From Hypanus sabinus (taxonomy: Eukaryota), in assembly GCF_030144855.1 (NCBI RefSeq), contig NC_082713.1:134354001-134418000 (forward strand): 64,000 nt of DNA, written 5' to 3'. The position numbers were made by a program, and so were the translations under genes. This document shows positions 26,285 through 38,159 of the stretch, piece by piece. The notes under the pieces are model-generated. The model searched no databases. It had not been told where the DNA came from and saw nothing but the letters and a program-made list of their open reading frames with translations. Within the stretch, counting starts at the first letter, position 1. Each line of letters opens with the position of its first letter.

Positions 26285-26491
26285 TGTGGTGAACTACATA
26301 TACCTGTCTGGACACGCCCCTCTGCTGACTGGTCCTGTGGCTCCTCCCACTGACCCCTGTATAAAGGCGATTGGAGGCACTGCTCCTCCCTCAGTCTCCA
26401 GGATGTTGTGTGGTGGTCTCTTGCTGCTAATCGTGGTCTCTTGCAGCTTATTGTTCGCCTCCCATCTCCGAGAGTTATTGATGGTGCATCA
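26285..26491 (+). repeat. 3' LTR of the Gypsy element (207 bp; an internal duplication has removed AATAAA)
   Basis: Follows the PPT aaaacaaaggggggggggg; about 10 substitutions plus one indel relative to the 5' LTR. Confidence 0.93.
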
Positions 26492-27415
26492 ATACTGAAT
26501 GGTGGTGCAGGCTCAAAGGGCTGAATGGCCTACTCCTGCACCTATTTTCTATGTTTCAATGTTTCTAGTCTCTGTTGTAATGTAGAGAACATGAATAACC
26601 CAAGGAAGTGTAACTTTACACTGAATTGTTAAGTGTTTGAGAAAATCGGGGGATTGTAGAGGCTAGAATTTGGAGTCAAAAAGAAACTGCCAGAAGAACT
26701 CAGTGAGCCAGGCAACATTTGTTGGGGAAACGGTATTATTGATAGGCCCTGATCAAGATCTCAACCCAAAATATTGACAAAGCGTTTTCCTCTTCTCCCC
26801 AACCACCAACAGTTGCTGCTCAGTGCCCTGAATTCCTCAAGCAGTTTGTGGGGGTTTTTTGCTCCTAATTTCCACATTCTTTTGAATATGTATGCTTTCA
26901 TTGTACCAATCATTATAATTTTGGACTCACTCAGGTCAGTATCCAAAGATATGAGCTGCTAAGTTGAAAATCTACTTCAGCTAAAGTATGAAGGAGGTAT
27001 AATAGGATATGCTAAGCCTGGTTTTGCAATAAGGTTCGTGATGCGTCATATTGATGTTTCCTCCAAGTGTTCGGTATCTAATTCTTCAGTTAAATACTAT
27101 TCAGTACTTGTGTCGCAGGTGATACAAACATCATTGGACAGTGAGGTTAGAATAGCAGTACTACAGGAAAAATATATTGTTTGCAAAGGAATGGAGTATA
27201 AAAACAGAGAACTCTTTGTATAGATGTACAAGGTCTTGGCAAGATCAAATTTGAAACTGGTAATATCTAAGGAATGAAGCACAGAAATTGGAGCAATTCA
27301 GAGAAGGTTTATTATCTTGATTCTAAAATTGAACTGACATTTTATGAGAAAAGATTGGGCAGATTGGATCTATGCTGCATGAAGTATAGAAATAAGTGAG
27401 GAGACCTTACTAAAC

Positions 27416-28272
27416 TGTTACGAACCCCGTAACTGGGTCACTTACCAGCAAAGATGGAGATGTCCATTGAAGTCTGATGATACTATTTTTAACAGTATTT
27501 ATTAGTAAAAATACACAAAAATACTATCAATGCAAATATACAGATAATATACGTCATCAATACTAAATCTAAAAGTGCAAGTATAATAATAATCAATAAG
27601 AAATAAGCTCTATCGTTGTCTAGGGGATAATGTATTGTCCGATGGAAATATAAAAGTCACTCAGTTCATGCAGGCTGCAGCCGTTGGGGACCGCTGTGTT
27701 GCAATTGTTGGAGAGAGAGAGAGATTTGGAGAAAAACTTGCCGGCTTTCCTTTTATGATTTCGATCAGTCGTTGTTGTGGCCTTTCACTTGTGGCATCTC
27801 CTTTAGCAAAACCGTTCTTCTGTGGTGAGCCCGCCACCCAGACAAGGGAGGACGCACACGAGCCCCCACCGGTTGTCGCTATTATACACTGTCATGGAAT
27901 CTCTAGCATTTCTCCTAGTGCATCTAAAGGGGTTGTTCCCCAGACCCTCTTTTATCCTTACTCACAGGGTCTCAGATGTCAATCAGGTTGGGATGATGCA
28001 ATCCCTCAACCAGACCACTCTGGTTGTCCCCTGAGGGGTTTCAATGAATAGTACAGTACTCAATACACAATTCCGTCTCCAAGAGACAATGGCCGTTATC
28101 AGTGGTTCCGTTCCGCTGATGTCAGGACACATTCCAAACCTTGTGTATTCTGGATGTCTCTCTCTCATTTCCTGGGTCTCAGACCCGAAATAATAGTGAT
28201 CTTGCGATTCTCAAAAAGGAGGGGGCGACTTTGTACCCTTCGGCCCCTCAGAGTTGCTTCACATTCATAACA
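27416..28272 (-). repeat. 3' LTR of the SCAN-Gypsy element
   Basis: TGTTA...TAACA inverted termini; adjacent to the PPT. Confidence 0.92.
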
Positions 28273-29131
28273 CCCCCTTCCTTCTAAGATTTTTGCCACA
28301 GGTAAAAATTAATTAATACAGAGTCTTACAGGATTTCAGAATCTAACACAATACAAAAGAGTTTTTTTTCATTACAGAGTAATACAGTTATACATTCAAT
28401 TCAGCATCTAAACAGTTAGCGATTACATTGTCACTTCCTTTAATATCTTAACATCTTGTACCTTAATAAAGTCTTGTAGCATCAGACTCCAATTTAATAA
28501 CTACCTATTTTTATTCCTTTTCCAAACAAAAACTAAAGAGTTGCGATCTTAGCTTACGTGTATATTACAAAAGTTCATGCAAATACTAATCTTTATTTTA
28601 CTTTCAAACTTAACAGCCAATCTTCCATGAGGTTGTCTTTATTAGTTACATGCTTTGTCGAAATTCCTTAAAACCGGATCCTGTTATTTAAAGTGGCATC
28701 CCGTCAACCCTCACCCCTTTTCCAGTTAATTCCTATGTGGTTAACTTGTATACTGGTGTGGAATAGGCTTTTGCATGCTCCTTTCATAGGAGTTATTTTA
28801 TCAACAATGTTTTCCAAACGTAGCCCATTGGCTGAATCTCCACACAATTCTTTATTTTTAAGCAAGTCGTTAGTTTTATCTTCAGGACCCTTCATTCTAT
28901 TGGTTGTCAGTTTAAAATCTGCAAGCGATCCCTCTTTGTCCAAACAGCATTTCAAATTCTGCCTCTTCACAGCACACTCTTGAATAACAATAGCATGTGG
29001 GGCACCTTTACATTCCAAATCAACCTGTAATTGATTCACAGGCACTGTGTTAACAAGCCATTGTCCCTTCAGCCTGGTCACTGCTTCTGACACCAATCCA
29101 GACTTTAAATTTTCTTCATTCAAGTTAGGAA

Positions 29132-31594
29132 CTACACTTTTATTTCAATAATAATATTCACCTCATCACCTTTTATCTCCTCACTAACTTTTAACACACC
29201 TTGGAACACAAACAACTGGGAATTCTCACTTCCCACGAGTACCAAGGTTAACCCTTTCTTCACTGAACCAAGTCCATCTGACCCACAAGGACTGCATTCC
29301 TTTTCAACCGAATCAAATACCTCAGACTTTTTCTGAGCTCCATTACTAGGTTCAGTACCATGTGCATCCACATCTTGAACACACTCAAATGGGACATCTG
29401 CCTCTTCCAGGCTTTCAATACCCGTACCCTTTTCAAATTCTAAGTTTCCCTGATCCTCCCAGTTACTCTCTGGGCAACTCCCTTCTGGAGTAAACTCAAC
29501 CCTGCAGGCTGAAACAACCTCATCTGCCAACCCAGCAGACTTTTTCAAGGTAATGGCATCCTTTTCATCTAGGACTGCCCTCATTTCATTATCGGGAAAA
29601 CCTTTAGAATCTTCAACTTCTTCAAACAGTTCTGTCAAACCAGACAGATCATCCATGTCCAACCCTGGACCTTCTAACAGCCTTATCTGTTTCTCATTTT
29701 TACTCCGTACCTCTATAAATTTCCTCATGGCTAAGGGCAGGTCTACCTCCTCTCCCTTACTCTTTTCCACCTCCCTATTCTCCATTTTACCACCCTCTAA
29801 CCCCTCTTGGTACAGGGTCGGTAAAAACGTCTCGGCCAAATCGATACTGGCCTCTTTCTCAGCTGCCTTTCTCGACATGCTGCGAGTGGTCGCGCAGGCG
29901 GGATAGATCTCGGAATCTAGGGGCGGGTCCTCAACACTTACAGGCTGGCTTGTCAGCTCCATGGCCGACCAAATTTCACCACCAGCTAAACCGTTACCCA
30001 GAAGGATGCCTACATCAGTTCTCGGAAATTCTGATCGCACCCCTATTTCAACTGGTCCAGATACCAGCTCACAATTTATAATGATCCTATGCAAAGGCAC
30101 AGCTTCTGTCCCTTTTCCTATGCCTCTCAAAGCCACCTCTCCTGTCTCAGGACCAAAATCTTGTACCTTACTGAGAATCAATGACTGCTCAGCTCCAGTA
30201 TCTCTCCAGATCCGCACTGGAACTGGTGTGTCTCCCTCTTTCACAGACACGGTTCCTTCTGAAATAAATTTCTCAGGCCCCTCTCATATTCTGTCTACCT
30301 GGGGCTTTCTCGTCGATTTACTGATCACCACAACACATCCTGTAGGGACTGCTGCTTTCCCTTTTCCTGTCTCCTTCCTCGGAGCAAGGCACTTAGATGC
30401 AATATAACCCACCTTTCCACAATTAAAACAGGTCAAGCCAGGACATCTCCTGCCGTCTTGCCTTTCCTCCTCCTTATTTTTATCACTAGCTCCCGGCTGG
30501 ATCTCTGCCTCAGCCGGCGGGCTTTCTCTACCATTCCCACGGTCTTTCTGGTAACTTTTATTCGAGGAAAACTTTGTCTTGTGGGTTAGGGCATATTCAT
30601 CTGCGAACCTAGCAAATTCAGAGATGGTCTTATTCGGCTTCTCGTTCAAATACATCCGGATATCATCCAAAACGCAACCTTTAAATTCCTCAATCAGAAT
30701 TAACTCCCTGAGATGCCAAAAATCCTGTTCCACCATTTCTGCTGCACACCAACGATCCAAGAGCACACCCTTCTCATAGGCAAACTCTGCATACGTCTGA
30801 TTCCACCCTTTCTTTAAATTTCTGAACTTTTGTCTATAGGCCTCAGGTACCAATTCGTAGGCCAGAAGAATGGCCTCTTTTACTTCCTCATAATTCTCAG
30901 ACTCTTCCTCCTCCACGGACAATGCCGCATATGCCCGTTGTGCCTTCCCTTTTAACACGCTTTGTAACAATGCCACCCACTGATCTCTGGGCCACTTCTG
31001 ACTCACTGCCACCTTTTCAAAATGCAAGAAATAACTATCAACATCCGTCTCCTCGAACGGAGGTACTAACCTGAACTCCCGACTAACATTAAATCTCTCC
31101 TCTCGGTCTGACCCTTGAGCTCTTCACTCTTGCCTTAACTTCTCCAGGTCCATCTCATGTTGCCTCTGTTTCTCCTTCTCCCTTTGGTTCTCAGCTCTTT
31201 CCCTCTCCTTCTCAGCTCTTTTCTTCTCCTTTTCAGCTGCTTCCAGCTGTTTTAACTTAATTTCATGTTCCCTCTGCTTCTCAGCTCTTTCCTGCTCTTT
31301 TTCAGCTGCTTCCAGCTGTTTTAACTTAATTTCATGTTCCAACCTTAATTTCTCCAACTCTAATTAAGCCGTCCCACTGGTTGGTACCTTTTCAGGGATA
31401 TTTTCCAATACCTCAGCCGAAAACATGTTCTTCACAATATAATACTGAGTTATGGCCCTGCGCACCTCCCAGTTTTTCTTTGACAACCTCACCTCTGCAA
31501 GATTTAGTCCTTTCGCAATATTTATCAAGTCCGACTTTGTGGCAGCCTCAAGCGCCTCCAGAGTCGGGTTTTCTATGAATTTGTCTACATACAT
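29132..31594 (-). pseudogene. gag (coiled coil + SCAN/capsid + zinc knuckle) - protease reading frame with three in-frame premature stops
   Basis: ORFs 31594-31364, 31357-31124, 31027-30284 and 30250-29132 share one frame. SCAN-like PEAYRQKFR...LRELILIEEF; knuckle CFNCGKVGYIASKC (His to Tyr); protease RDTGAEQS...ILLGNGL; followed by an acidic tail. Confidence 0.87.
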
Positions 31595-31684
31595 CTTTGC
31601 TGGTTTCCCGTCTGGTTACCCGTGCAACCAGATCCAAGTTTGGACTTAAAAGCCCGATTCACTGGCCCTCCATTTTGGTATCAA

Positions 31685-31703
31685 ATCTCGAGACGAGGCC
31701 CCA
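31685..31703 (-). promoter_or_regulatory. Primer-binding site, tRNA-Pro-like
   Basis: The minus strand reads TGGGGCCTCGTCTCGAGAT, close to the canonical tRNA-Pro PBS TGGGGGCTCGTCCGGGAT, 3 nt from the LTR end. Confidence 0.8.
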
Positions 31704-31706
31704 CGT

Positions 31707-32573
31707 TGGTACGAACCCCGTAACTGGGTCACTTACCAGCAAAAATGGAGACGTCCGTTGAAGTCTGATGGTACTATTTTTAACAGTATTTATTAGTAAA
31801 AATACACAAAAATAATATCAATGCAAATATAAAGATAATATACGTCATCAATACTAAATCTAAAAGTGTGGGTACAATAATAATCAATAAGAAATAAGCT
31901 CTATCGTTGTCTAGGGGATAATATATTGTCCGATGGAAATATAAAGTTCACTCAGTTCATGCAGGCTGCAGCCGTTGGGGACTGCTGGGTTTCAATTGTT
32001 GGAGAGAGAGAGAGATTTGGAGAAAAACTTGCCAGCTTTCCTTTTATGATTTCGATCCGTCAGGTGTCTCGTTGTCGTGGCCTTTCACTTGTGGCCTCTC
32101 CTTTAGCAAAACTGTTCTTCCGTGATGAGCCCGCCATCCAGGCAAGGGAGAACGCACACGAGCCCCCACCGGCTGTTGCTATTAAATGCTGTCACGGAAT
32201 CTCTAGCGTTTCTCCCAGTGCATCTAAAGGGGCTGTTCCCCAGACCCCTTTTTTATCCTTACTCACGGGGTCTCAGATGTCAATCAGGTTGGGATGATGC
32301 AATCCCTCAACTAGACCACTCTGGTTGTTCCCTGAGGGACTTCAATGATTAGTACAGTACTCAATACACAATTTCGTCTCCAACAGACAATGACCGTTAT
32401 CAGTGGCTCCATTCCACTGAGGCCAGGACACATTCCAAACCTTGTGTATTCCGTGTGTCTCTCTCTCATTTCCTGGGTCCCAGACCCGAATTAATAGCGA
32501 TCTTGCGATTCTCAAAAAGGAAGGGGCGACTTTGTACCCTTCGGCCCCTCAGAGTTGCTTTACATTCACAACA
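31707..32573 (-). repeat. 5' LTR of the SCAN-Gypsy element
   Basis: Direct repeat of 27416-28272, adjacent to the PBS. Confidence 0.92.
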
Positions 32574-34420
32574 AAACAAACAGGATTCTGAGAAGAACTG
32601 TGAAGATTCTGAGAAGCATTGTGAAGTGGGAATATAGGGCAAAGTTTCAGAATAAGGAGTCATCTGTTTAGGAAAGCGATGGGGAGGACATTTTGTTTCT
32701 TTCTCTCTCTCAATGGGCAGTGTATTTCCTGAGAGCTGTGAAAGCTGTATCAGTGGTCAAGGTTGACACCTTATTGTCTATGGAGGTGGGATCAAAAGGT
32801 CATGGAGATTAACCAGGAAAATGGGAGCTGAGGCAAAAATGAGATGGTTGTATTAAATAACAAAATAGCCTCAAAGATTCCTATAACTAATTCCTCCCCT
32901 TTTTGTTCATGTTCTCATTCTTATGGAATATGAAAGTGGAAATGACAAATTACACCAACTGATTTCAACTTTAACACATTCCATAATGTAAATTGTAGAC
33001 CATTATAATGCAGCATTAACTAATAGCTATTGCAAAGCAGCTATTAATAATTTATGTGAGAATTCATCACACCTGAACAAATGAAAAATAGTCTTAGATT
33101 CCTTTTGATTGATGCAATATCGCAAGCATATAATTTCTTATGATTACGGCCTCCAGGAAGACCATTGAATTTTAATTTTAATACCACGCAGCTTATCAAA
33201 ATTGATCCAGGTCAGGCCTAATTTGCACCTCTTCCATCAACATCTGGTCAGACTGATTAATACCAATCTGCCCATTGCTGAGAGACCTTGTCATTTCTAG
33301 CTGTTGCATAATGAAGGTTTGGAGAACTTCGATCTGAAAAAAAACCTAATTTGCACAAGTTGGCCTTTTTTTGACTTTCCCATATTGTGTAATCTGAATT
33401 GAAATGTTGTGTAGTTGGAATGCCAACAGCACTTTCCCATTAAAGTATTATATGTGGTTGAATGCTCTATGAGTCTTAAAACTTACAATTGTAGTACAGA
33501 AAGAAGTACCAGAGTAGTGCTTGAACCATTGTCAGTAGCTTCAATTACTCTATCCTAAGAAAGACAATTTTTCTGTTATTAAATGCTAAGCAGTGACCTA
33601 TCGCTAGGAAATCAGAGTCTTTCATGGCTAGGAGATGAAAATCCAAGCTTGGGTGGATTTTGCACATTGCCATGAATAGCCAGTTATTCTTGTTGTTAAG
33701 AATTTGTGGAACATTATTCCGGTTGACTTATATACACCTGAGGTGAGAACACAAGGTAAAAAAATAAACCAAAACCCCACTCTTGTAAACTGTTGAGAGC
33801 AATAATCATTGAAATAAAAGTGAAAGTGAGGCAATATTCAGGAGGTCAAGCAGCCTATAGTGACAGATTTAACGATGACCTTTTTCTCAGACTTAACAGA
33901 CATTTTCTTGCCTGAAATCCAAGTATGAAATAAATCCATTCCTGTTTCTTAATAGCTCAGCACATTTTCAGATCTGAACTGAGAAAAGAGGAGGAATATG
34001 TAATGTTATTATCGAAGAGAGAAAAGTCAATATACATCGTGGAAATGTTGGAGAGGGAAGATGAATAATTAGAAGTCCATTCACAGTAATCCTAACTCAC
34101 ACAAATTTGTTTTCACATGGTGGCATGTAATCTCATGATAATAACTCTGTTTTTCCCAAAATAGCAGGATAAATGTTGTCATTTAATGGAGAGTTGACTG
34201 GCAATACATTAACAATGATCACATCATTAGGAAGGGACTTGTACTGATAATTAAAAAACCTTAACTTTATACTGCACATTTAATTTAAGTTTACAATGCA
34301 AATGCAGCAAGTACTCAAGGTTAATATCAAGCTGCCAGCGGACAGTATTGGTGTAGTGATGCTGTAAGTATTCACAAGTAAAATGACGTGAGGAAAATGA
34401 CATGAAGAAAAACCATAACA

Positions 34421-36913
34421 ACATACACAAAGTGCTGGTGGAACGCAGCAGGCCAGGCAACATCTATAGGAAGAAGCATTGTTAACGTTTTGGGCCAAGA
34501 CCCTTCGTTAGGATTAACTGAAAGCAGAGATAGTAAGAGATTTGAAAGTGGGAGGGAGGGGGAGATCCGAAATGATAGGAGAAGTCAGGGGGGGGTGGTG
34601 GAGATGAAGCTAAGAGCTAGAAAATTGATTGGCAAAAGGGATACAGAGCTGAAGAAGGGAAAGGATCATGGGATGGGAGGCATAGGGAGAAAGATAGGGG
34701 GAGGGGAGCACCAGAGGATCATGGAGAGCAGGCAAGGAGTGATTGTGAGAGAGACAGAGAGAAAAAAAAGTGAGAGGAAAAAAAGAGGGGAAATAATAAA
34801 TAGATAAATAAATAAGGGATGGGGTAAGAAGGGGAGGAGGGGCATTAACGGAAGTTAGAGAAGTCAATGTTCATGCCATCAGGTTGGAGGCTACCCAGCC
34901 GGTATATAAGGTGTTGCTCCTCCAACCTGAGTTTGGATTCATTTTGACAATAGAGGAGGCCATGGATAGACATATCAGAATGGGAATGGGATGTGGAATT
35001 AAAATGTGTGGCCATTGGGAGATCCTGCTTTCTCTGGTGGACCGAGTATAGGTGTCCAGCGAAACCGTCTCCCAGTCCGCGTCAGGTCTCACCAATATAT
35101 AGAAGGCCACACCAGGAGCACTGGATGCAGTATACCACACCAGCCGACTCACAGGTGAAGAGTCGCCTCACCTGGAAGGACTGTCTGGGGCCCTGAATGG
35201 TGGTGAGGGAGGAAGTGTAAGGGCAGGTGTAGCACTTGTTCCGTTTACAAGGATAAGTGCCAGGAGGGAGATCGGTGGGAAAGGATGGGGGGGTGATGAA
35301 TGGACAAGGGTGTCACATAGGCAGCGATCCCTGCGGAAAGCAGAAAGGGGGGGAGGGAAAGATGTGCTCGGTGATGGGATCCCGTTGGAGGTGGTGGAAG
35401 TTATGGAGAATTCCGGATGAAGGGTCTCGGCCTGAAACGTTGACAGCTCATTTCAACGGAAGTCCTGACGAAGTGTCTCAGTCCAAAACGTTGACTGCTC
35501 ATTGCAACGGATGCTGCCCGACCTGCTGAGTTCATCCAGCTTGTTTGTACGTGTTACAGAGAATTATATGTTGGTCCCAGAGGCTGGTGGGGTAGTAGGT
35601 GAGGACAGAGGGAAACCTATCCCTGGTGGGGTGGCAGGAGGATGGGGTGGGAGCAGATGTGCGTGAAATAGAAGAGATGCGTTTGAGAGCAAAGTTGATG
35701 GTGAAGGAAGGGAAGCCCCATTCTTAAAAAAAAGGAAGACATTTTTTTCGTCCTGGAAGGAAAAGCCTCATCCTGAGAGCAGATGCGGTGGAGACAGAGG
35801 AATTGCAAGAATGGGGTGGCATTTTTTGCAAGAGTCAGGGTGGGAAGAGGAATAGTCCAGGTAGCTGTGAGAGTCCGTAGGCTTATAGTAGACATCAGTA
35901 GATAAGCCGTCTCCAGAGATGGAGACAGAAAGATCAAGAAAGGGGAGGGAGGCATCAGAAATGGACCAGATAAATTTGAGGGCAGGATGAAAGTTAGAGG
36001 CAAAGTTAATGAAGTCAACGAGCTCTGCATACGTGCAGGAAGCAGCACCGATGCAGTTGTCGATGTAGCGAAGAAAAAGTGGGGGACGAATACCAGTATA
36101 GGCTAGGAACATGGACTGTTCCACAAAGCCAACAAAAAGGCAGGCATAACTGGGACCCATGCAGGTGCCCATGGCTACAACTTTAGTTTGGAGGAAGTGG
36201 GAGGAGCCAAAGGAAAAAATTATTAACAGTGAGGACTAATTCCGCTAGATGAAGGAGAGTGGTGGTCGAGGGGAACTGGTTAGGTCTGGAATCCACAAGG
36301 AAGCAGAGAGCTTTGAGACCTTCCTGGTGGGGGTTGGAGGTATACAGGGACTGGACATCCATGATGAAAATAAGGTGGTGGAACTTAAAATCATTGAAAA
36401 CATTCAGAGCGTGAGAAGTGTCATGAACATAAGTGGGAAGGGATTGAACAAGGGGGGATAAAACAGTGTTGGGGTATGCAGAAATGAGTTTAGCGGGGCA
36501 GAAGCAAGCTGAGACAATGGGTCTACCTGGACATGCAGGTTTGTGGATCTTGGGTAGGAGGTAGAAACGGGAAGTGCAGGGTGTGGGAACAATGAGGTTG
36601 GTGGCGGGGTATGGGAGATCCCCAGAGCTGTTAAGGTTGGTGATGGTGTGGGAGACAATGGCCTGGTGCTCCTTAGTGGGGTTATGATTGAGGGGTAAGT
36701 AAGAGGAGGTATCAGTGAGTTGTCTCTGTGCCTTGGCAAGGTAGAGGTCAGTATGCCAGACCACAACAGAGCGTCCCTTATTAGGGGGTTTTATAGTAAG
36801 GTTAGGATTGGTGCAGAGGGAGTGGAGAGCACAGCATTCAGAAGGAGTGAGGTTGGAATTGGAACAAGGTGTGGTGAAGTCGAGATGGTTGATATCCCGT
36901 CGGCAGTTAGCAT
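34421..36913 (-). mobile_element. 5'-truncated Penelope-like element (RT + GIY-YIG endonuclease), degenerate
   Basis: IKPPNKG, FYLLPKIHK, GRPIVS, DVQSLYT, MGTCMGPSYA, RYIDN, LPFLD and VYYKPTDSHSYL motifs; VVYCIQCSWCGLLYIGET at ~35086-35140; CT-rich 3' region; 10-bp TSD AACCATAACA (34411-34420 / 36914-36923). Confidence 0.9.
35413..35552 (+). mobile_element. Short Penelope-terminus insertion with two tandem hammerhead-like units, nested antisense in the Penelope-like element
   Basis: Flanked by a 13-bp duplication GTTATGGAGAATT (35400-35412) / GTTACAGAGAATT (35553-35565); the two differences fit CpG decay of GTTACGGAGAATT. Confidence 0.75.
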
Positions 36914-38159
36914 AACCATAACAGCTCATTTATCATACCTCAAAAACTGAACACAAAGTGCGGTAACAGAAATTCACATACTGTAGTACGTCCTCATGCA
37001 AGACCTGCCTCTTAAAGTGAACCCCAACTCAATGTCTATGGTTGTGAGTTATGTACTTTTCCACCAATTACATTACTCTACAGTGCAAGTTGCTTGATTA
37101 TGTATTGTCCAATTCATGGTGTTGGATTACATGCACACATTATGGTCCAGAATTTTTTACAATGCCAAATTTCTTTTCTGTCCTAAGATGGTGGAAATTT
37201 TTCTTATTAATAATGGAGAAAATAACCAAATTCATTATATTATGGGTAATTCTTGGATGATTCGAAGACACTGCTTCTTGAATAACAGCGCACCGATGTC
37301 CAAGTTATCAGCTCATTTGATTGCAATCAGAATAAACATTCACTGTCAACCAAATCATGGTGTTGCCAGAACTCCATTCTCATTTTTTTCTCCTATCTGA
37401 AGTAGCAGCTGATGGAAGTTGGTGTAGATGCAGGAAAATGAACTGCTGTTTGATTTTGATGGGAGCTAAGCTATGGCCATTATCTTCAGTTTTCAGGAAA
37501 GTCCCACAAATTACAGAGCAGAGTAATTGCTGCTTAGTAACAATTAGTTCAGAATTTCCTCTTTCTTTTGCACTGAGCACAGCAAATCATGCTGAAAACC
37601 TGAACATTGTTGTTGACCCTTTTTAATTGTGGTTCCATTGTCTCATAATACATTTCCAATTGCCCACAATGTGTAGGATTACATTGCTGAGAAAAACGTC
37701 TGAAGCAAAAGTCCAATTAAATAGCTGGATTTTACCATGGCAAAAAGAACCTCAAACCTTTTTCATAATACTTTATTTATTCTTTAATTTATGCTGGTTC
37801 CACACGTGTCACATTTACTTAAGTTCATTTGTCAATGCAGGGTGAAGCCAACCATGGACCTACAAGATTTGTGGAGGCATATTATCCAAGCTGTCATTCA
37901 AGAGTAGCTCTTTGGGTACCTGTTTGTGCAAATGGATCCACTGCGCCATCTGTGCAGACAAGTTCACTTGCATTATTGATGAAAGACGATTTCAGCTGCC
38001 TTAGTTCTGACCCTACTTTATGCCATTCTCTTTTTAGAGAATATAAGACATGGCCAGGATGAGATATATTTTTAAAAAGAGATTCAAACCATTGGAGCTT
38101 TTCAGTTATTCATTGATGTAGCAAGTGGCAGGCACCATTTTTGAAGTGGAAATCAAAAA

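Larger units (their letters stand above)
22118..26491 (+). mobile_element. Full-length but inactivated Ty3/Gypsy LTR retrotransposon (4.37 kb, no env, no chromodomain)
   Basis: TG...CA LTRs at 22118-22314 and 26285-26491; 5-bp TSD ATACT (22113-22117 / 26492-26496); G-rich polypurine tract (PPT) just before 26285; gag-PR-RT-RH-IN order. It interrupts a CR1 3' tail. Confidence 0.95.
27416..32573 (-). mobile_element. Non-autonomous SCAN-domain (Gmr1-like) Gypsy LTR element, gag-protease only
   Basis: ~860-bp LTRs at 27416-28272 and 31707-32573; 4-bp TSD AAAC (27412-27415 / 32574-32577); tRNA-Pro-like PBS next to 31707; PPT (revcomp of cccccttccttct) at 28273-28285; no RT, RH or IN motifs found. 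It interrupts a CR1 fragment. Confidence 0.92.

Noticed and set aside
27635-28051. 138-aa ORF duplicated at 31926-32297
   Set aside because: It lies within the LTRs, antisense to the element, starts at a non-ATG codon, and its frame differs between the two LTR copies.
30284-31027. Host SCAN zinc-finger gene or domesticated gag
   Set aside because: It lies between LTRs with PBS, PPT and TSD, has in-frame stops, and has no C2H2 array.
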